27,517 nt of DNA from Chiloscyllium plagiosum. Taxonomy: Eukaryota. A program made the position numbers and the translations under genes. The stretch is taken from positions 8,175,010-8,202,526 of the forward strand of contig NC_057754.1 of assembly GCF_004010195.1 (NCBI RefSeq), in the 5' to 3' direction. The notes under the pieces were generated by a model. It saw only the letters and a list, made by a program, of their open reading frames with translations, did no database searches and was not told the origin of the DNA. This document shows, in pieces, positions 20,982-27,517 of the stretch (position 1 is its first letter; every line of letters begins with the position of its first letter).

Positions 20982-21339
20982 GTCTCGATCAATGAGGGCT
21001 GATTCTTAACTTCGTCGTTGCAAGTTGCTCATTGCCAATTAAGTGGCTTGCCACCTCTTTCTTCAGGGTGAATATTTGGTGCTGGCCTTGTCAGCTCATC
21101 CCGTGATGTGTCAGAAGCCTGAGAGCACTTTTCTGAAAAAAAAGATTAATCTAACCAACGTTCCGACTCATCTGAAATCTCTTCACGTCCGTGTCAGAGT
21201 AGAGAGTGACTGCTTCACCAAGAGTTAATCCGGGCATAATTCACTACAAAATGGCTGACAAAGTGACCTAGATGTAGCTTAGGTTGGGGATGGGGGGGGG
21301 GAAGAAGTGATGTGGTGGATGCGGTTTACCCGGACTATC

Positions 21340-21600
21340 GGACTCCCTTTGAAAGAATGGTGCGCAGGAGAAGGGCTGGGGGTGGGGAGGGGTCGGTGAG
21401 ATGGCAAAGCGGAGTCAATTTGACTAAAAGCTGGTCAGAAGAACAGAAACAGTAATCAAGGGTGTCAGAAGGATTTTGTACAGCGATCGGAAGTGAGCCA
21501 TGCTGACCCTTGGCAGCAGAAAACTAAATAGGACTGGGTAGCGCGCGAGCGTGGGCGGGCGCCAAGCGAAACTGCCGAAATATGTTGTGAAACAGCCTCA
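21340..21600. promoter_or_regulatory. Candidate CpG-rich regulatory element upstream of the first coding exon
   Basis: Non-repetitive patch with CGGAAGTG (ETS-like, 21488), GCGCGCGAGCGTGGGCGGGCGCC (GC box), AGATGGC and the palindrome AGTCAATTTGACT. Motif evidence only. Confidence 0.3.
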
Positions 21601-22334
21601 CAAGGAGCTGCACTGAGAGACCACTTAAATGGAGAGGGTAAAAGCTCCTGTTTGGCACTGAGATCCCCAACCGTGGCCACTTCAGTACTGTTCAGATGTA
21701 TCGTTGTGCCTTGCAAATGTTTGCGCATTAATTAAGGATGGTCTTAAGTTTATATTTCAGGATTGTATTTGCAGCAAGAAGGAGTCCAGTGATTTACTCC
21801 ACTGCTGTATATCTGGTTAAAGATGGGATCGGGAAGCGGGGGTGTGGTGGCTGGGGGCCGGGGATGGACGTGAAATGTACCTGCTACTTCTGCCCAACCT
21901 GAGTCAAACTGGCCTATCCTGAGGATCACTGGCACAGTTGCTTCTCCGGAGTAATTGTTCTTCAGGCCACTTGATCAGTGTCAGTTTTAAAATCGGAGGT
22001 TGGGAATTCTTTGTTTACGAAGGTGCTCAAATGGAATGACGGGCCAATTTCTGTTTGTGGAGTAGAGTCATAGAATTACCGTGGTCTCGCTCGGCTCAGT
22101 GACAGAGTAGGTTCAGGGATATCAGTGACGTTGGGGCTGAATTGCCTCCTTCGGTTTCCACTGAATTGTCAGCTTACCTGAGGGAGGTTGGGGGTTAACT
22201 GTGCTCAAAGATTACCCTACACCATATCGTCCTCCAGCTCCATTTAGTCACCCCTCCCCATCCCCATCTGTCATCTCGGCCTCCTGGAAAATCCCTCAGA
22301 CTCAGACGTCCCCTCAGTTGAATCTGTTTGATGT

Positions 22335-22440
22335 ATACACACACACACCTCTCTCTCTGTCTCTGTCTCACAGACACACACCTCTCTCTCTCTGTCTCAC
22401 AAACACACACACACACACATATCTCTCTCTCTCTCTGTCT
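22335..22440. repeat. Compound (CA)n/(CT)n microsatellite
   Basis: Direct inspection. Confidence 0.9.
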
Positions 22441-22444
22441 CAAC

Positions 22445-23040
22445 TCCAAAAGTGAACTTTCCAACAACAACTATTGACACTCGAAGCCTGCTTGTTAACT
22501 GCCTCCAATTCAATAACAATATCCTGATCCAAGAAACAGCCGTATTAAACTGACACCAACTTAATTCTCAAAACCCGACAGTAGTCGTCATCACCGGTGT
22601 CTATCTTCCTCTGGCCGTGGATCTCCCTGGGTTGTCTTGTTGCAGAGATGTTTTGTATGACCTTCATATGTTTCTTTGATAGAGAGCGCTAGCCTTTACT
22701 CTGACGATAGAGTCGGTCGCTGACTCTCCAAATGCTGGTTTTTATATACCCCCAGCATCGGATCGTCTCATTGGTCCCATGTTGGCGAAACAGTAAAATT
22801 CAAAACGCCATCAGGTTTTAGTATCCCGGGGCATAATCTAAAATGGTTGGTTACATTCGAATTGCTGTCCAGATCGCAACCTCAGGTATTTGTTTCACAG
22901 CCAAACGTCATATATTTCCAAGTTTCCTGTACACACTGAGATGGTTAGTCAGTCACATGACAGGTGCCCGCCAGCTCTCAGGGCGAAACAGCGTTCACTC
23001 TCTCTTAAAGGGTCTAGTACACACCTTCCCCTTCATAACA
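22445..23040 (-). mobile_element. LTR-like segment (probably truncated) with CCAAT and TATA boxes
   Basis: Minus strand begins TGTTATGAAG at 23040; CCAAT at 22774-22770; TATATAAA at 22748-22741. No matching 3' CA end or TSD identified. Confidence 0.45.
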
Positions 23041-23334
23041 GTACTCACTCTGCCCATCGCTGTGGTGTCTGGAGTCACATGTAGGCTGGACAGGGGAAGG
23101 AAGGCAGATTAACGTCCCAAAAGGGCTTGCGTGAACCTGATGGGATTTTAACAATTGACATTAGACTCTTGATTCAGGGTTTTTTTATTGAAATCAAACT
23201 CCCCCATCACAAGGTGTGTCTGTGTGTGTGTGTGTGTCTGTATCAATCCCAGAGGGCCAGTTAACAAGGATGAATGTTATGTCTCGCCACAGCAACTTGG
23301 TAGAATTTCAATTCCGAATACGATGCTAGTCTTG

Positions 23335-23572
23335 GGGATGGTAACCGTGACAACCATCATTGACAATTGCGAAAGCATATCTGCTTCATGGATGCCCTTC
23401 AGTGATAGAAATCTGCCATCCTTACACAATCTGCCCTACATGCGACTCCAGACCCCCACAGCGACTCTGAACCGTCCTTCTGAAATGACGGAGCTCAGTT
23501 CAAGGGGCAATTCAGGACAGCCGGCAAGTGCTGACTTCCCCGGCAAATCCTGGGTCCCATGTGGGAATGCGG
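23335..23572 (+). mobile_element. Degenerate SINE body and tail (second family)
   Basis: gaaatctgccatccttac..cctacatgcgactccagaccc..cagttcaaggggcaatt; the tail resembles the 45-bp array unit. Confidence 0.55.
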
Positions 23573-25005
23573 AGAACAGGGGACCCGAAAAACCGAACCC
23601 TTCGAGATAGTGACCGTCCCTGTCTATCAGAGCAAAACACTCCCCACTTCTCCAGCTTCTCCTGGCAATATTTTGATGGGAAACTCCCTGGGTTAACCCA
23701 TCTCACAGTGGTGCCTCTGCTGGGGGAAGGCTGTAACTGCAGCATGACCAGTTTACTTGGCTAGCACCAATCCAAGCGTGACCATGTGGTTTCAAGTGGG
23801 CGGAGTTCACAGGAGGTGTGCAGAGTTTGTCAACGCTGAATATAGTCAACAGTGCAGTATGAATCTAGCCCAGAATTTGCAAGATATTATTTTCCCCGGG
23901 AGGGTCTTAATTTGGGGAAGTCAAGCGCTCCATGTACGAACATCTGTTTCTCTTGAAACTGGACATCTTTGTCTCTCCCTCTTAATTGCTTCTATTCCCT
24001 TTCAACGCATGTCAGTTTCTGTTGTTGGATTCGCTTCATTATTTCATGAATGAAGAGGGTTTTAAGTGGAATTCCTTTGCAGCGTTTGTCAAAATCTCTT
24101 TTAACCTTGAAATGTTCCCTCTCCAAATGAGTGCGATCCAAGCCAATTTGCATCAATTTAGCTGCTCTTTAGCCCAAACAGCTCAGGACGCCGTTCGCAC
24201 GCTGAGTTTTAACTGCTCACGGGTGAGAATGTTTTCCGAATCGTCACTCGTTAAGTGCCTGTCGTCACGGGAATGGGTTGGATAACCCGTGGCACTAAAG
24301 CCCCTGAAAGGGGCAGACGCTGCGAGGCAGCTTCGCGTGGGTGAGGGCTCTACATCGAAGGGAGCCACAGTCTCGGAAAAAGGGGGTAATCCCTTTCGGA
24401 CTGATGTCAGCGCTCCCAGCCACCGGGTCGCTATCACACGTGCGCCTCGGAGACGGGAAACCTCAAGAGGACAATGTCACCTTTGGAATCTTGGGAAAAC
24501 TCCAGCCCAGGGGGCTGTCATTGTCCAATCACTGGGCACCTTTCACATCTTGAAATCAGTAGATTCTTGTAAACTAAAGGGGGTAGAGGGATCCACCGTG
24601 GGAGGGGAGGTGTTGGAGGTCGGACCACGGTCGCATTGAATGGTGATGGCTTTCTGGGTGCCATGTGACTTATGTCCGCGCTTGTTCCTTGGGTTGATGT
24701 AACACATCATGGCAAGGTGATGGCCTCAGGGGTAATGCCACTGGGCTAGTAAACCCCACCTAAACCATCTGCCAATGGACGTCTTCATTTCCTGGTGCTC
24801 TTTAGGGAAGATATATTCTGCCCTCCTGTCCTGGTTAGGCCAACCCCGAACCCAGCACCATTGAGCATTGAGTATAGGAGTTAGGATGTCACGTTGCAGT
24901 TGGACAGGACATTAGCCAGACCACCTTTGGAGTACTGCTTATAATTCTAGTCACCCTGCTACTGGAAGGATGTTTTTAAGAGGAGCAGAAAAAATTGACT
25001 CAGAT

Positions 25006-26165
25006 GTTCAGTAAGGCGTTCGACAATGTTCCCCACGGGAGACTGATTAGCAAGGTTAGATCTCACAGAATACAGGGAGAACTAGCCATTTGGATACAGA
25101 ACTGGCTCCAAGGTGGAAGACACAGGGTGATGGTGGAGGGTTGTTTTTCAGACTGGAGGCCTGTGACCAGTGGAATGCCACAAGGATTGGTGCTGGGTCC
25201 TCTAGTTTTCGTCATTTATGTAAATTATTTGGATGTGAGCATAAGAGGTACAGTTAGTAAGTTTGCAGATGACACCAAAATTGGAGGTGTAGTGGACAGC
25301 GAAGAGGGTTACCTCAGATTACAACAGGATCTGGACCAGATGGGCCAATGGGCTGAGAAGTGGCAGATGGAGTTTAATTCACATAAATGCGAGGTGCTGC
25401 ATTTTGGGAAAGCAAATCTTAGCAGGACTTATACACTTAATGGTAAGGTCCTAGGGAGTGTTTCTGAACAAAGAGACCTTAAAGTGCAGGTTTATAGCTC
25501 CTTGAAAGTGGAGTCGCAAGTAGATAGGATAGTGAAGAAGGCGTTTGGTATGCTTTCCTTTATCGGTCAGAGTATTGAGTACAGGAGTTGGGAGGTCATG
25601 TTGCGCTGTACAGGACGTTGGTTAGGCCATTGTTGGAATATTGTGTGCAATTCTGGTCTCCTTCCTATCGGAAAGATGTTCAGAAAAGATTTGCAAAGGT
25701 GTTGCCAGGGTTGGAGGATTTGAGCTATAGGTAGACGGCTGAACAGGTTGGGGCTGTTTTCCCTGGAGCGTAAACCTTATAGAGGTTTATAAAATCATGA
25801 GGGATATGGATAGGGTAAATAAACAAGATCTTTTCCCCGGGGTGGGGGTGTCCAGAACTAGAGGGGCATAGGTTTAGGGTGAGGGGGAAAAGATTTAAAA
25901 GGGATCAAAGGGGCAACTTTTTCACACAGAGGGTGGTACGTGTATGGAATGAGCTGCCAGAGGAAGAGGGTGGTACGTGTATGGAATGAGCTGCCAGAGG
26001 AAGTGGTGGAGGCTGGTACAGTGACAACACTTAAAAGGCATCTGGATGGGTATATGAATAGGAAGGGTTTGGAGGGATATGGGCCGGGTGCTGGCAGGTG
26101 GGACTAGATTAATTTAGGAGATCTGGTTGGTATGGACGAGTTGGACTGAAGGGTCTGTTTCCATG
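25006..26165 (+). mobile_element. 5'-truncated CR1 LINE (HER1-like) with RT remnant
   Basis: FSKAFDNVPH..VTSGMPQGLVLGP..SKFADDTKIGG..WQMEFN, frameshifted downstream; 3' tail ggactgaagggtctgtttccatg. An older LINE fragment precedes it at ~24860-25005. Confidence 0.93.
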
Positions 26166-26339
26166 CCGACCATGTACTTGGGCCCCTAATTGCCCTCTGG
26201 AGTGGCGTGAGCAGGTACAAGGGGCATCAAGGCATGGGCAATTCTTTGCCCATATTCTCATCAAAGGGTATGTTGTCAAGAGGCCCCAGTTTCCCCCTTA
26301 TCGAACGTTAACTTGTCATTACCTCGCTAGCTGGGCTGA

Positions 26340-26795
26340 GATTAGATTAGATTACTTACAGTGTGGAAACAGGCCCTTCGGCCCAACAAGTCCACACCAC
26401 CCCACCGAAGCGTACCCACCCAGACCCATTCCCCTACATTTATCCCTTCACCTAACACTGCGGGCAATTTAGCGTGGCCAATCCACCCTAACCTGCACAT
26501 CTTTGGACTGTGGGAGGAAACCGGAGCACCCGGAGGAAACCCACGCAGACACGGGGAAGAAGGTTTACATCTGAAGCATTGACTTCTCCACCTCCTGATG
26601 CTGCCTGCCCTGCTGTGTTCTTCCAGTCTCTTGCTAATCCACTCTATCCTGCACATCTTTGGACGGTGGGAGGAAACCGGAGCACCCAGAGGAAACCCAC
26701 ATAGACACGGGGAGAATGTGCAAACTCCACACAGACAGTCGCCCGAGGTCCCTGGTGCTGTGAGATAGCAGTGCTAACCACTGAGCCACCATGTC
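26340..26795 (-). mobile_element. Two overlapping HE1/V-SINE pieces separated by a ~75-bp unrelated repeat
   Basis: SINE 3' part at 26340-26557, insert at 26558-26632, second SINE piece at 26633-26795 repeating the V-core. Confidence 0.85.
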
Positions 26796-27204
26796 ACTGT
26801 GTTGGCATTTGTGGGTGTACATTATGGTTATGTCTTAACATTAGGAGTAGCTGTTGTTAACCCTGCCACTGACACTCTCCACATGAATCACCCTCTTCCA
26901 TCCCCATGTTAATTTGGAGGAAAGGACTTACAATTGTTTCGCAAAACCAAGTGTTTTCTCATCTTTCCCTACTGGGAAAAGGGGACGGCACGTATTAACC
27001 AGCGCACTAATTAATAAATAAAAATGGTTACTGAGTACTGAGAACAGTCAGATTGTAGCACTGTGCAATTCTGTTGATGGTTTCAGGGTCTGGCCAGGAG
27101 ATGTTCTCCTCATTTAGTTGGCAATTGAAAGGGAACCACCTGTATTGAGGAGGTTACCTTGGCCCCCAGGTAATGGTACAGTATTGAGAGTGAATGCTGA
27201 AAAT

Positions 27205-27517
27205 GGTGTGCGCGTATATGTGAGAGAGCGAGAGAGAGCCTGTATATGTGTGTCTGAGTGAGAGTGAATGAGTGTGACTGAAAAAGTGTGTGTGTATGAG
27301 AGTGAATGTGTGTGTGAGAGTGTGGGTGAATGAGTTGTTTGTGGGAGTTTTATGTGTGAATTGATTATGTATGAGTGAGAGTGGGTTAGTATGTGTGTAA
27401 GTGAGAGCATGTGTTGTTTGTGTGAGTGCGATCGTGGGAATATGAATGAGTGTGTGAGAGAGTGAGAATGAATTGTTTGTGAGTGTGTCTGAGTGAGACT
27501 GGGTGAGTACGTTGTGT
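27205..27517. repeat. (TG)n/(GAGT)n low-complexity microsatellite
   Basis: Direct inspection. Confidence 0.9.

Noticed and set aside
22701..22733. Hammerhead-like CTGACGA followed by a hairpin
   Set aside because: The stem is followed by CCAAA rather than GAAA and there is no stem I/III or cleavage triplet in register.
23600..24700. Several 70-116 aa ORFs in apparently unique sequence
   Set aside because: No recognisable domains or consistent splice signals; lengths are compatible with chance.
24995..25723. Functional or domesticated reverse transcriptase (also 16143-16736)
   Set aside because: Both are 5'-truncated and frameshifted; the 16 kb copy has lost a catalytic Asp.

Overview
Eukaryotic, repeat-rich vertebrate DNA; the SINE/LINE families point to a cartilaginous fish, probably a shark (inference). 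The window holds one protein-coding gene on the minus strand, LRFN4 (SALM3), a synaptic adhesion molecule with signal peptide, LRR, Ig, FN3, TM and a PDZ-binding C-terminus (ESVV). It has two coding exons (20226-18803 and 3968-3296, about 698 aa) joined in phase 2 across a 14.8 kb GT-AG intron. Most of the rest is transposon debris: CR1-type LINE fragments, HE1/V-SINEs, other tRNA SINEs, a Penelope-like element remnant (GIY-YIG end plus a minimal hammerhead-ribozyme motif) carrying a nested MITE, an LTR-like segment, a ~70-bp minisatellite, a 45-bp tandem array and microsatellites. There is one 42-N assembly gap. I see no convincing previously undescribed system. The best leads are the Penelope hammerhead motifs next to the LRFN4 splice donor and at the gap, a possible LTR-derived promoter or recursive splice site upstream of the first coding exon, possible truncated or circular ectodomain isoforms, and 3'UTR regulatory motifs. 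Repeat family names come from recall, not a database search, and repeat boundaries are approximate.
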